A DNA stretch of 64,000 nt from Candidatus Latescibacterota bacterium (GTDB taxonomy: Bacteria; Latescibacterota; UBA2968; UBA8231). Location of the stretch: assembly GCA_965221775.1 (NCBI GenBank), contig CBDCSU010000005.1:1216001-1280000 (forward strand), in the 5' to 3' direction. The position numbers were made by a program, and so were the translations under genes. Shown here piece by piece: positions 20,070 to 29,137 of this stretch; the stretch's first letter is position 1, and every line of letters begins with the position of its first letter. The notes under the pieces were generated by a model. That model was not told the origin of the DNA. It worked only from the letters and a program-made list of their open reading frames with translations, and ran no database searches.

Positions 20070-22181
20070 TTGACCCAGCCGAAGCCAGTGGTCACCCCAC
20101 ATCTCCAGGCCGCCCTCGAAGCCGTCCAGGCCGGCGATCCCGAGGCCCTCCGCCCCCTGCTGGAGGCCCACCCCTCCCTCGTGAACACCCCTCTGCCGCA
20201 CGACGGCCGCACTCGAAGACCCCTGCCGACGCTGCTGCACCGGGCCGCCCTCGGCTGGCGCGAAGGCGAGCTGCAGGTGGCGCAGCTCCTCATCGATCAC
20301 GGCGCCGACGTCAACAGCACCGAGGGAGGGGCCCTGGCGCCGCTGGAGATGGCGGCCTGGTCGCGGCACCCGGGGATGGCCGAACTGCTGATCGCCAACG
20401 GCGCCGACGTGGAGCTGCATGTCGAGGTGCGGCCGGTGGAGGTGGCCGTCCTCTACCATAGACGGGACATCTTCAAGCTCCTCATCGCGGCGGGGGCGAA
20501 GTACGACATCTCCCATACCCTGCGCCTGGGGATGATGGCGGAGACGCGGGCCCTGCTCGCCGCCGACCCGGCCATCGCCAACATCGAGACCGACCACGGG
20601 CTGCCCCTGAACCTGGCGGTGGGCAAGCCGGGGATCTTCAAGCTGCTGCTGCGCCACGGGGCGGACATCCACGCCCAGGACTCCCTCGGCCTGACGCCGT
20701 TGAAGGCGGCGCGCACTCCAAAGAGCGACAAGGTGGTGCGGACCCTGCTGGAGATGGGTGTAGAGGACGACATCTACGGAGCCCTCGCGGCCGGCGACGA
20801 GGCCCGGGTCGAGGCGATCCTGAAGGCCGACCCGGCGCAGGCGCACCCGGTGGGCTGCTGGCCGCAGCGGGGACCTCTCCCGCCCGTGTTCTGGGCGATC
20901 TGGTCCGGATCGACGCGCATTCTGGAGCTGATCCTGGAGCAGGACGTGCCTCTCGACACCCGGCCGAACCCGCTCGACACGGCGATCTCCTACGGCTACG
21001 ACGAGATGGTGCGCATGCTGCTGGACAAGGGGGCCTCGCCCGAGTGCGCGGACTGCTCCGACTGGCCGGGGGCCTCCACCTACCCCCCGTACCGCCCCCT
21101 GTCACTACCGGGGCTGCCCCGGCCCCACGTGCCGCTCTACATGGCCCTGCGGGGCGGAACCATCGCCGCCGTGGAGATGCTGCTGGAAGCCGGCGCGGAC
21201 CCGAACTGCACCCTGACGGGTTGGGCCGGACTCCAGTGGCCGGCGCGGGGCGGCGATCTGCGGCGGGTGAAGCTCCTGCTCGACCGGGGCGGCGATCCGT
21301 CGAGCCCCTGCGCCGAGAGCGCGCTCCGCCTGGCGGTGCAGCTGTGCCGGCGGCCCATGGTCGAGCTGCTCGTCACCCACGGCGTCGACATCGACACCAT
21401 CGACGCGGACGGCCGGGGCCTGCTCGACATGGCGGGCAAGTCCGACGGGCGGCCGCGCCGTGAGGGACGGGTCAAGACGACCGCCTTGCTGGAGGAGCTG
21501 ATGGGGCTCGTCCACGGGTCCGCCCGGGAGACGCGCTCGCTGCGCCTCCGCCAGGACCTCATGGCTGCGGTCATCGAGGGGCGCACCGGCGACCTCCGCG
21601 CCGTGCAGGCGGAGGCACCCGAGCTCTTCGAGAGGGAGCTGGTGAGGGACGAGCTGTTCCACTGGGCCGCCAGCCGGGGTCACGGCCACGTGGTCGATCT
21701 GCTGGTGGAACTGGGCGCGCCCATGACGATCAGCGCCGCCGCGGCGCTCGGGCGGGTGGAGCTCCTCGATTCCATGTTGAAGGCGGACCCGTCCCTGGTG
21801 GAGGGGCGCCTGACCCCCGAACAGACCGACTGGAACAAGCACCTGCCCTGGCACGAACATTCGCCCCTCATCGTCGCCGCCATGAACGACCGGGCGGAGG
21901 TGGCGGCGCTGCTGCTGGACCGCGGCGCCGGGATCGACCGCCAGGTCGGCTGGTACCAGAACACGGCCCTGCACCACGCCGTGAGCAGCGAGTCCACCGA
22001 GACCGTCCGGCTCTTGCTGGAAAGGGGCGCGGACGTCACGATCCGCAGCCGCGATCACCACCTGCCCACGGCCCTGGTGAAGAACTGGCCGCCCACGGTC
22101 TCGCGCCGCGAGATCAGCGACCTGCTCGTCGACCACGGGGCCAACCCGCAGGAACTACCCACCCACGGGGCCAGCGAATGA
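20070..22181 (+). CDS. Large ankyrin-repeat protein (close paralog of 17411-19504)
   Basis: Collinear with the 697-aa protein and identical over long stretches; the start may be GTG 20088. Confidence 0.9.
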   Translation: MTQPKPVVTPHLQAALEAVQAGDPEALRPLLEAHPSLVNTPLPHDGRTRRPLPTLLHRAALGWREGELQVAQLLIDHGADVNSTEGGALAPLEMAAWSRHPGMAELLIANGADVELHVEVRPVEVAVLYHRRDIFKLLIAAGAKYDISHTLRLGMMAETRALLAADPAIANIETDHGLPLNLAVGKPGIFKLLLRHGADIHAQDSLGLTPLKAARTPKSDKVVRTLLEMGVEDDIYGALAAGDEARVEAILKADPAQAHPVGCWPQRGPLPPVFWAIWSGSTRILELILEQDVPLDTRPNPLDTAISYGYDEMVRMLLDKGASPECADCSDWPGASTYPPYRPLSLPGLPRPHVPLYMALRGGTIAAVEMLLEAGADPNCTLTGWAGLQWPARGGDLRRVKLLLDRGGDPSSPCAESALRLAVQLCRRPMVELLVTHGVDIDTIDADGRGLLDMAGKSDGRPRREGRVKTTALLEELMGLVHGSARETRSLRLRQDLMAAVIEGRTGDLRAVQAEAPELFERELVRDELFHWAASRGHGHVVDLLVELGAPMTISAAAALGRVELLDSMLKADPSLVEGRLTPEQTDWNKHLPWHEHSPLIVAAMNDRAEVAALLLDRGAGIDRQVGWYQNTALHHAVSSESTETVRLLLERGADVTIRSRDHHLPTALVKNWPPTVSRREISDLLVDHGANPQELPTHGASE

Positions 22182-24223
22182 CACGCAAGATCTACGCTTT
22201 CGGCATGGACGGCTTCATCGTCCCCATGATGAAACGCTTCGCCGCCGAAGGGGCCGTTCCCCACTTCGAGCGCATGCTGCGGGAGGGGGCGGTGAACCAG
22301 ACCCTGCCCTCCTTCCCGGTGTGGACCCCCACCAACTGGGCCACCCCTTCCACCGGCGCCCACACCGGCACCCACGGCGTGACGCGCTGGCGCGTGGAGG
22401 TCGAGCCGGGGCGGCGGATCGACAGCTTCGACGGACGCGCCAACAACGCCGAGCGCATCTGGAACGCCCTGGAGCGGGCCGGCATGACGAGCGTCGCCGT
22501 CCACTACCCGGCGGCCCATCCCTCCGGCGTGGAGGAGGGCTTCGTGGTCGACGGCTTCGGCCACCCCAGCCACCGGCGCACCGACTTCGAGGTGGCCACC
22601 TGCCAGGCCTACACCACCGAGGCGGAGCTGGCCGCCGAGATCGAGATGGACCACGACGGCACGGCCGTGCGCGCGGCCCAGAGCGGCGTCGAGCCGGTCC
22701 CGCCGCTCCGGCCCGCGCAAGGGTGGCGCAACCTGCCCGACAGCCACGCGCCGCCCCTGGAGAGCCGCATCGAGGTGGAGGCCCGCCTCGGCGGCGACGT
22801 GACCGCCTTCCATCTGCTGGCGGTGGACGGCGCCGGCCGCGGCTACGACCGGGTGCTGGTCTGCCGCGGGAGGGACGGCGCCAGCCGCATCGCGGAGGCG
22901 CGGACCGGCGAGTGGAGCGAGTGGGCGGTGGAGGAGTTCGCCATCGACGGCGGCCGGCAGCGGGCCTCGGTCCGCTTCAAGCTGATGGAGCTGGCCCCGG
23001 ACGGGAGCCGGCTCAAGCTCTACCGCACCCAGGCGACCTTCGCCGACGGCTTCACCGTGCCCGACGAGCTGGCGGCGGAGCTGATCGAGCGCTTCGGCCC
23101 CTACCAGGAGCACGCCTCCATGCTGCCCTACACGGCGGGCATGGCCGACTTCGACACGGCCCTGGAGGAGTGCGAGTACCAGGGGATGTGGTTCGCCGAG
23201 GTCGCCCGCTACATGCTGCGCGAGCGGGGCTGCTCCTTCTTCATCTGCCACTGGCACCTCTACGACTACCTCAACCACATCCACCTCGGCGACGTCGACC
23301 CCGTCTGTCCCGGGTACGACGCCGACCGGGCGGATGTGTACCTCGACTACTTCCGCCGCGCCTACCAGGTGGGCGACCGCATCCTCGGCCGCCTCTGGGA
23401 GGACGCCGACGACCGCACCTTCGTGGGCGTCCTCTCCGACCACGGCTGCTCCCCCGACGTGCGCGTCGCCAACATCCGCCAGTTCCTGCACGAGCGCGGC
23501 TTCCTGGTCCTCAAGGGCGGCCACGACAACCTCGTGCGCGACCAGGTCCGCGAGGAAGAGATCGACTGGGAGCGCACCCGGGCCTGGCTGAAGGACGACA
23601 AGGGCTTCGACATCTTCATCAACGCCGAGCCGGGGCCCGAGTTCGACCGCATCGAGGCGGAACTGCTGCTGGCCCTGCGCACCTGGGTCGACGAGGAGGT
23701 GGGGCGCAACCCCGTGGCCGTGGCCCTGCCGCGGAGGGACGCCTGGCTCCTCGGCCAGTGGGGGGACCAGTGCGGCGACGTGGTCTTCGCCTGGGACCAC
23801 GGCTACGTGAGCGGCTACTACGGCCAGTGGCGGGGCATCGCCGGCGACGCCAGCGTGGGAGCGCCCAACGTGTACGGCGCCCACCACGGCGGCTTCCTGC
23901 CGACCCAGAGCCGGGACTCCTCCAGCTTCGGCTCGTGGCTGCTGGCCGGCCCCGGCGTCAAGGCGGGCTACGAGCGCCCGTCGGACAAGCTCGGCTACAT
24001 CCACGCCGCCGACGTGGTCCCCACCTTCTGCCACCTCCTCGGCGCCGAGGCCCCGGCCCAGAGCCAGGGCACGGTGGCGCGGGACCTGCTCCAGGGGTTC
24101 GAGATGGAGCGGGGGCGGGAAGCTCCCAACTCGACGACTGTCGAGTCCATGGAGGAGCTGGAGGAGGGCAGGGGCCAGCGCTTCAACAGTGCCGAGGAGT
24201 TGCGCCGAGACCTCGGCATCTGA
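22178..24223 (+). CDS. Alkaline phosphatase superfamily (type I phosphodiesterase/nucleotide pyrophosphatase) protein
   Basis: FGMDG, PVWTPTNW...TG, LSDHG, GAHHGG, DVVPTF; the C-terminal ~34 aa appear foreign (see findings). Confidence 0.85.
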   Translation: MTRKIYAFGMDGFIVPMMKRFAAEGAVPHFERMLREGAVNQTLPSFPVWTPTNWATPSTGAHTGTHGVTRWRVEVEPGRRIDSFDGRANNAERIWNALERAGMTSVAVHYPAAHPSGVEEGFVVDGFGHPSHRRTDFEVATCQAYTTEAELAAEIEMDHDGTAVRAAQSGVEPVPPLRPAQGWRNLPDSHAPPLESRIEVEARLGGDVTAFHLLAVDGAGRGYDRVLVCRGRDGASRIAEARTGEWSEWAVEEFAIDGGRQRASVRFKLMELAPDGSRLKLYRTQATFADGFTVPDELAAELIERFGPYQEHASMLPYTAGMADFDTALEECEYQGMWFAEVARYMLRERGCSFFICHWHLYDYLNHIHLGDVDPVCPGYDADRADVYLDYFRRAYQVGDRILGRLWEDADDRTFVGVLSDHGCSPDVRVANIRQFLHERGFLVLKGGHDNLVRDQVREEEIDWERTRAWLKDDKGFDIFINAEPGPEFDRIEAELLLALRTWVDEEVGRNPVAVALPRRDAWLLGQWGDQCGDVVFAWDHGYVSGYYGQWRGIAGDASVGAPNVYGAHHGGFLPTQSRDSSSFGSWLLAGPGVKAGYERPSDKLGYIHAADVVPTFCHLLGAEAPAQSQGTVARDLLQGFEMERGREAPNSTTVESMEELEEGRGQRFNSAEELRRDLGI

Positions 24224-24253
24224 AGTCTCGGCCCCTGCCCCGCTCCTCCCAGC

Positions 24254-24451
24254 TCAGGAGCAGCCCTGCCGGGCCTCCCGGCGCTCCCGCAGACGGCGGG
24301 CGTAGGGCGTCTCCACGCCGTAGCGGCGGCACAGCCGGCTGAAGCTGCGCGGGGCGATGCCGAGGGCCCGGCCGGCGGCCTCGTTGGTCGAGTACAGGCG
24401 GGCGGCGCGCTCGATGCGCTCCCGCTCGATGGGGCCGTCCCCCCGGTTCAT
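24254..24451 (-). CDS. Small Fis-like helix-turn-helix protein
   Basis: N.AAGRALGIAPRSFSRLCRRYG resembles a Fis/HTH_8 helix-turn-helix; ATGA overlap with the Rieske gene stop. Confidence 0.6.
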   Translation of the reverse strand: MNRGDGPIERERIERAARLYSTNEAAGRALGIAPRSFSRLCRRYGVETPYARRLRERREARQGCS

Positions 24452-26187
24452 GTCTCGTAGACCGCCTCTCCGCGGTGGAGCCGCCGGGCGATCTGCAGCG
24501 TCTGGAGCAGCTCGCGCTGGGTCGGCGCCTTGGCCGCCAGGTAGCGGGCGGCAGCCACCATCAGGATCCGCTGCTCGCCGGCGTCGGTGCGCTCGCCGTG
24601 CTGGCGGATGGCGGCCTCGAGCATCTGGAAGCTGTGGAACTCGGCGTCCTCACGCACCAGGGACTCGGTGAGCGCTCGGAACAGCGGTCCCGCTTCACCC
24701 CCCGACACCAGGTAGCCGGAGACGAGCCGCCCGGCTTCGTCGACCTGCTGTTGCTGGTCGAGCAGCCGCAGGTACTCCTCCAGCGCCTCGCCGGGGTTCG
24801 CCGCGGCCGCTCCCTCGTCGGGCAGGCGGGCGGGCGGGACGTTGAGGAAGCGGTCGAGGTAGACCCGCATCGCCCCGTGATAGACGCCGCGCAGCATCTC
24901 CGGCGACTCGGCCCTCTTCAGCATCTGGTGCAGGGCGTTGGCGTACGAGAAGGTGTGGAGCACCGCGATCCAGTCGGAGAACTCGTTGTTCACGTGGAAC
25001 CGGGTGATGCGCATGGCCGTGGCCATCGTCACCGCCCGTGCCAGTTGCACGGGGCGCGCGCCCTCCTTCAGCGCCGCGTTCAGCTCTTCCACGATCGCGT
25101 GGGGATCGTCCTGCATGAGCGTCTCGGTGAACTCGCAACCGCCTTGCCACTCCATCGCCCGGCCTTCCTCCAACAGTTGCTCCAACGACTCGAAGGTATC
25201 CCTCAGCAGCGTCACCAAGTCGACGGGGGAGCGCCAGCTGTTCTGCTCCTCGCTGCGCTGGGCGGCGCTCAACTGGCGGATGAGCGAGGGCAGGACCTCG
25301 GCCGCGTGCTCCCAGCCGATGCGGTCGAGCAACTCGAAGGCCTTGTTGATGAAGTCGATGACGTGGCCGCCTTCGAGGTAGAAGTGGTCGGTCGCCGCCG
25401 CCACCATCATCTCCGCCAGGTCGGACGGGCTCGAAGGGCCCTCGATGGCGGCCAGCAGGGTACGCTCGGCGCCGTCGGCGTTGCGCACCTCGATGAGGTA
25501 CCGGAACCACCGCCGGAGCGCGGCGTGGGGGATCTCCCTGCTCTCGAGAGGCCGCAGCGGCACCCGCGGCGGCTGGCCGCTGGTGTCCGACGCCACGTGC
25601 AGGATCCCCTGGTACAGGGGGGCGATGCGCTCGTCGCCTTCGAGGTGGTCGCTGACGTTGGCCATGGCCGAGAGGATCGTCATGCCGTTGGACCACCCGG
25701 AGCGCCTCCGGCGCGCTCCGTAGAGGCCGCTGGCCCGCACCACGTCGTCCGGGTCCGCCCCGGCGCGCAGGAGCGCCACCACGGCCTTGGCCATCACCAG
25801 CCGGATGTTCTGGTCCATGCCCTCCTCGAGCCGGCGCAGACCGCCCTCGACCGGGTCGCGAGGGGGCGCGGAGACGTCGACGTACACGCGCCCGTCCCGG
25901 ACCTCGACCGGGTAGACGGTGGCGTCGTCGGCGAAGAGGTCGAAGGTGCAGCCGCTCTTCAGGTCGAACCGCGCGTGGTGCCAGTGGCAGGTCAGGATGC
26001 CGTCCTCCACGGTCCCGCGGTGTAACGGGAAACCCATGTGGGGACAGCGGTTGTCGACGGCGTGCAGGTTCCCGTCGGAGTGGAAGACGACGATCGGTAC
26101 GGGTCCGCCGGAGACCAGGACTCGTCCCTTTTGCCTGATCTCCTCCAGGGTCCCCGCGTCCAGCATTCTCGCCGCTGATCCATCCAT
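24448..26187 (-). CDS. Rieske [2Fe-2S] domain protein with long helical C-terminal region
   Basis: CPHMGFPL and CHWHHARFDL Rieske motifs; GAGGAG RBS before ATG 26187. Confidence 0.9.
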   Translation of the reverse strand: MDGSAARMLDAGTLEEIRQKGRVLVSGGPVPIVVFHSDGNLHAVDNRCPHMGFPLHRGTVEDGILTCHWHHARFDLKSGCTFDLFADDATVYPVEVRDGRVYVDVSAPPRDPVEGGLRRLEEGMDQNIRLVMAKAVVALLRAGADPDDVVRASGLYGARRRRSGWSNGMTILSAMANVSDHLEGDERIAPLYQGILHVASDTSGQPPRVPLRPLESREIPHAALRRWFRYLIEVRNADGAERTLLAAIEGPSSPSDLAEMMVAAATDHFYLEGGHVIDFINKAFELLDRIGWEHAAEVLPSLIRQLSAAQRSEEQNSWRSPVDLVTLLRDTFESLEQLLEEGRAMEWQGGCEFTETLMQDDPHAIVEELNAALKEGARPVQLARAVTMATAMRITRFHVNNEFSDWIAVLHTFSYANALHQMLKRAESPEMLRGVYHGAMRVYLDRFLNVPPARLPDEGAAAANPGEALEEYLRLLDQQQQVDEAGRLVSGYLVSGGEAGPLFRALTESLVREDAEFHSFQMLEAAIRQHGERTDAGEQRILMVAAARYLAAKAPTQRELLQTLQIARRLHRGEAVYET

Positions 26188-26231
26188 GATTCTCTCCTCT
26201 CGCTCTGCGGCTCCCCATGAGCCGTGGACCG

Positions 26232-26262
26232 AATCTGCAACTTCAAGTATACTTGAAGTCAA
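26232..26262 (-). promoter_or_regulatory. SoxR operator within a MerR-type promoter for the Rieske gene
   Basis: Perfect 20-bp palindrome ACTTCAAGTATACTTGAAGT (26240-26259), similar to the SoxR box CCTCAAGTTAACTTGAGG; minus strand reads TTGACT-19 nt-CAGATT. Confidence 0.85.
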
Positions 26263-26273
26263 GGAGAATCTTC

Positions 26274-26744
26274 ATGGCCGAGCTTTCGGAGTCCCTGACC
26301 ATCGGCGAGGTGGCGGCCCGAAGCGGGGTCGCCGCCTCGGCCCTGCGCTTCTACGAGGAGGAGGGACTGATCTCCTCGGAGCGGACAGGCGGCAACCAGC
26401 GGCGCTATCCACGGGCGGTGCTGCGCCGCGTCGCCGTCATCCGCGCCGCCCAGAAGATCGGCGTGTCCCTGCGGGAGATCCGCTCGGCCCTGGACGGGCT
26501 GCCCAGCGGACGCACACCCAACAAGGCGGAGTGGGCGAGGCTCTCCCGGGGCTGGAGGGATCAGCTCGAGGAGCGGATCGAGACGCTGGAGAGGTTGAAG
26601 GAGAGCCTGACCGGCTGCATAGGCTGCGGCTGCCTGTCCCTGCGGACGTGCAAGCTCTTCAACCGCGAGGACGAGATAGCATCCCGCGTCGACGGCAGCC
26701 TGCTGATGGGGCAACCCGCGCCGAGACGCCCGTCCTCCGGGTGA
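26274..26744 (+). CDS. soxR: Redox-sensitive transcriptional activator SoxR
   Basis: LTIGEVAARSGVAASALRFYE, GNQRRY, CIGCGCLSLRTC [2Fe-2S] motif. Confidence 0.95.
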   Translation: MAELSESLTIGEVAARSGVAASALRFYEEEGLISSERTGGNQRRYPRAVLRRVAVIRAAQKIGVSLREIRSALDGLPSGRTPNKAEWARLSRGWRDQLEERIETLERLKESLTGCIGCGCLSLRTCKLFNREDEIASRVDGSLLMGQPAPRRPSSG

Positions 26745-26765
26745 CGGCGCCGCAAGCCGGATCGT

Positions 26766-28700
26766 CTACAGGTTCTGCAGCGCCCACTCCCAGGCCAGGA
26801 TGACGATCTTCGGGCTCCACTCGCCGATGATGAGTCCCAGGAACAGCGGCTTCAGCGTGTTGTAGAGCCGCGGTCCGCCAAGGCGCAGGACGGCGGTCTT
26901 GATCGCCCAGGCGATGAGGATGCTGAGGAACATCTTGTGGGTCGCCAGGCTCACTGGAAAGCCGATCGGGTGGAAGGGCCACCACACGAAGCGTTGCCGG
27001 GCGAACATCAGCAGCCCCATGACCAGCGCCCCGATGCCGGTGTGGCCCCAATAGCCCCAGTTCGTCCCGGTACTCGTCTGCAGCCGGGCGGCCGCGTCCT
27101 GCCACTGGTAGTACCCCTGCTCCTTCAGCGTGTGGGTGATGTTCAGGCCCCCGTGCTCGTAGGCCGTGCCCAGGAAGACGGCCATGCCGCCGCAGATCGA
27201 CACCGCGATGGCGATCAGCATGCTGGCCAGGAGCATCCGGCGGTGTCGGCGGATGCTCTCCTCCACCACCTTGAGGCTCTGCGCCGCGCAGGTCATCACC
27301 AGGATGATCATGTCCGCCGCCCAGGCATAGGTGAAGCCGAGGGCGACGATCCCCGTCGGCCCCAGGGCGCGGGTCCCGAGGCCGCCGACGATGGCGTCGG
27401 AGGCGATGATGGGACAGGCGAACCAGGGGATCCCCCCTTCGCAGACGACGCGGGTGATCCCCAGGTAGAGGAGGAAGGCCAGCCCCAGGTAGAGGAACGC
27501 GATCCAGGCCGGGAGTCCGAGGAGCCAGAGCCAGAAGCAGATGAAGGAGAAGCTGCCGGCGAAGAGCAGGACGGCGGTGCGGTAGGACATGATCTCGTCC
27601 CCTTCGCTGGCGTCCACCTCCGACGACAGACCCAGGGCGCGGCGCCCGACGGCCACGATGTGCCTCCGCCCGTTCCACAGGCCGACGACCACCAGGGCGA
27701 TGAAGGCGCCCAACCCCTCGAAGGAGAAGGTCGTCGGCGAGCGCGTCCACGGACTCATGAGCGGGTCCGTGTCGCCGCCCCCCGTCAGCGTCGAGATGAC
27801 CTGGTAGGCCATGTAGACGAAGTAGTAGAAGCAGATCCCCAGGGTCACGTCGCGGCGGATGAAGTAGGCGAACCCGAGCATCATGAAGCTGATGCCGAGG
27901 CGCACCTGCGCGACCTCGCGGAACAGGTAGACGTACTGCCCGCCCACGTGGATCGGGTCCAGGGGGAAGTAGCGGGTCAGACCGTTGTTGAGGCCGATGA
28001 TGAAGGGGAGGATGAAACCGAGCCAGAAGATCCAGTTGCGGAACAGGGGCTTGACCAGACCGGGGCGCCTGCCTTCGTCGGCGTCGTCCTGGATCATGGC
28101 GATGGGCAGCTGCATCATCGGGTAGACGAGCCGCTCGTGGTCGATCCACTGCTTGCGCAGGATGACGGCGACCGAGACCATGGCGACCCAGAGACACATC
28201 GCCATCGGCCCCCAGCCGATCAGCAGGACCGGCAGCCACATCCCCCACGGCACCGTGCCGTCGCCGGACCCTTCGTAGAAGCCGCGGATGTCCTGGAAGT
28301 AATGGGAGGGTACCACCCAGCTCGGAATGTAGGGGATCACTGCCTCGGCCCAGGCGTTCTCCGGGGAGATGTAGTAGGCCATGGAGGTGATGTGGGGCAG
28401 CAGGTAGTCGGGCAGGCCGTTGGTGGCGACGCCGGAGCCGACGATCCACATCACGTAGACCTGGGCCAGCTCGGGCGGCGTCAGCACCCAGTCGCGCTTG
28501 AGGAGTCCCAGCAGGGGGTTCACGACCAGCGCCATCAGGAACAGCATGAGGTTGGCGCCGATGGTGTAGTGCCAGGTGGAGAAAGCTCCGACGCGGAGGA
28601 CGTAGGTGGAGTAGTTGAACCCCGCCCCGACGACGATGCACCCGAGGGTGCCGACGATGAGCCCGCGGTAGGTGCAGCCGAAGACGCGAGGTGTGTCCAT
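26766..28700 (-). CDS. Polytopic membrane protein, DUF6785/DUF6784-like (putative peptide transporter)
   Basis: Many TM helices; LRKQW...ERL.YP...LP, WWPFHPIG, GG..LY...KP.F.GLI.G. Confidence 0.75.
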   Translation of the reverse strand: MDTPRVFGCTYRGLIVGTLGCIVVGAGFNYSTYVLRVGAFSTWHYTIGANLMLFLMALVVNPLLGLLKRDWVLTPPELAQVYVMWIVGSGVATNGLPDYLLPHITSMAYYISPENAWAEAVIPYIPSWVVPSHYFQDIRGFYEGSGDGTVPWGMWLPVLLIGWGPMAMCLWVAMVSVAVILRKQWIDHERLVYPMMQLPIAMIQDDADEGRRPGLVKPLFRNWIFWLGFILPFIIGLNNGLTRYFPLDPIHVGGQYVYLFREVAQVRLGISFMMLGFAYFIRRDVTLGICFYYFVYMAYQVISTLTGGGDTDPLMSPWTRSPTTFSFEGLGAFIALVVVGLWNGRRHIVAVGRRALGLSSEVDASEGDEIMSYRTAVLLFAGSFSFICFWLWLLGLPAWIAFLYLGLAFLLYLGITRVVCEGGIPWFACPIIASDAIVGGLGTRALGPTGIVALGFTYAWAADMIILVMTCAAQSLKVVEESIRRHRRMLLASMLIAIAVSICGGMAVFLGTAYEHGGLNITHTLKEQGYYQWQDAAARLQTSTGTNWGYWGHTGIGALVMGLLMFARQRFVWWPFHPIGFPVSLATHKMFLSILIAWAIKTAVLRLGGPRLYNTLKPLFLGLIIGEWSPKIVILAWEWALQNL

Positions 28701-28877
28701 GCGAGTAGAGGTCAGGCGAGCGCACCCTCCGCGGCCGGACGGAAACCGGTCAGGGTCGGCTCGACACTATAGCCACGGAGATGCTGCTATACAAGGCGGG
28801 GAGCCTCGGCGATTCCTAAGACCGCATGGACTCCTCCGTTGTGGCTACACCTTCAGGGGAAACCCGCGGCATGACGG

Positions 28878-29133
28878 GCTTCAGTGAGGCCGGGGCACCT
28901 TCCGCCCCGGAAACTGGACGCTACCCTCGCGCCACGGCTGATGGGCTGCTTGTGCTTCAATGAGGCCGGGGCTACTTCGCCCGGAAACTGCCGATTCCGG
29001 TTCTTCATACGACGGTTCGAGGAGCTTCAATGAGGCCGGGGAACCTTCACCCCGGAGACCCGGTGGTTCCGGCCTTCAGGAGCCGGGTACCATCCGTGCT
29101 TCAGTGAGGCCGGGGAACCTTCGCCCCGAAGGT
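28878..29133 (-). CRISPR. Degenerate type I-G (I-U) CRISPR mini-array, 4 repeats and 3 spacers
   Basis: Repeats at 28878-28914, 28954-28988, 29024-29059 and 29098-29133 (GCTTCARTGAGGCCGGGG...CCCGGAAAC-like, 35-37 bp); spacers of 39, 35 and 38 bp. The minus-strand repeat ends CCTCA(T/C)TGAAGC, as I-G repeats do. Confidence 0.9.
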
Positions 29134-29137
29134 GGAG

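Noticed and set aside
28790-28877. Possible fifth, highly degenerate CRISPR repeat
   Set aside because: Only short fragments (AAGGCGGGGAGCCT, CTTCAGGGG) at inconsistent spacing; not supportable.
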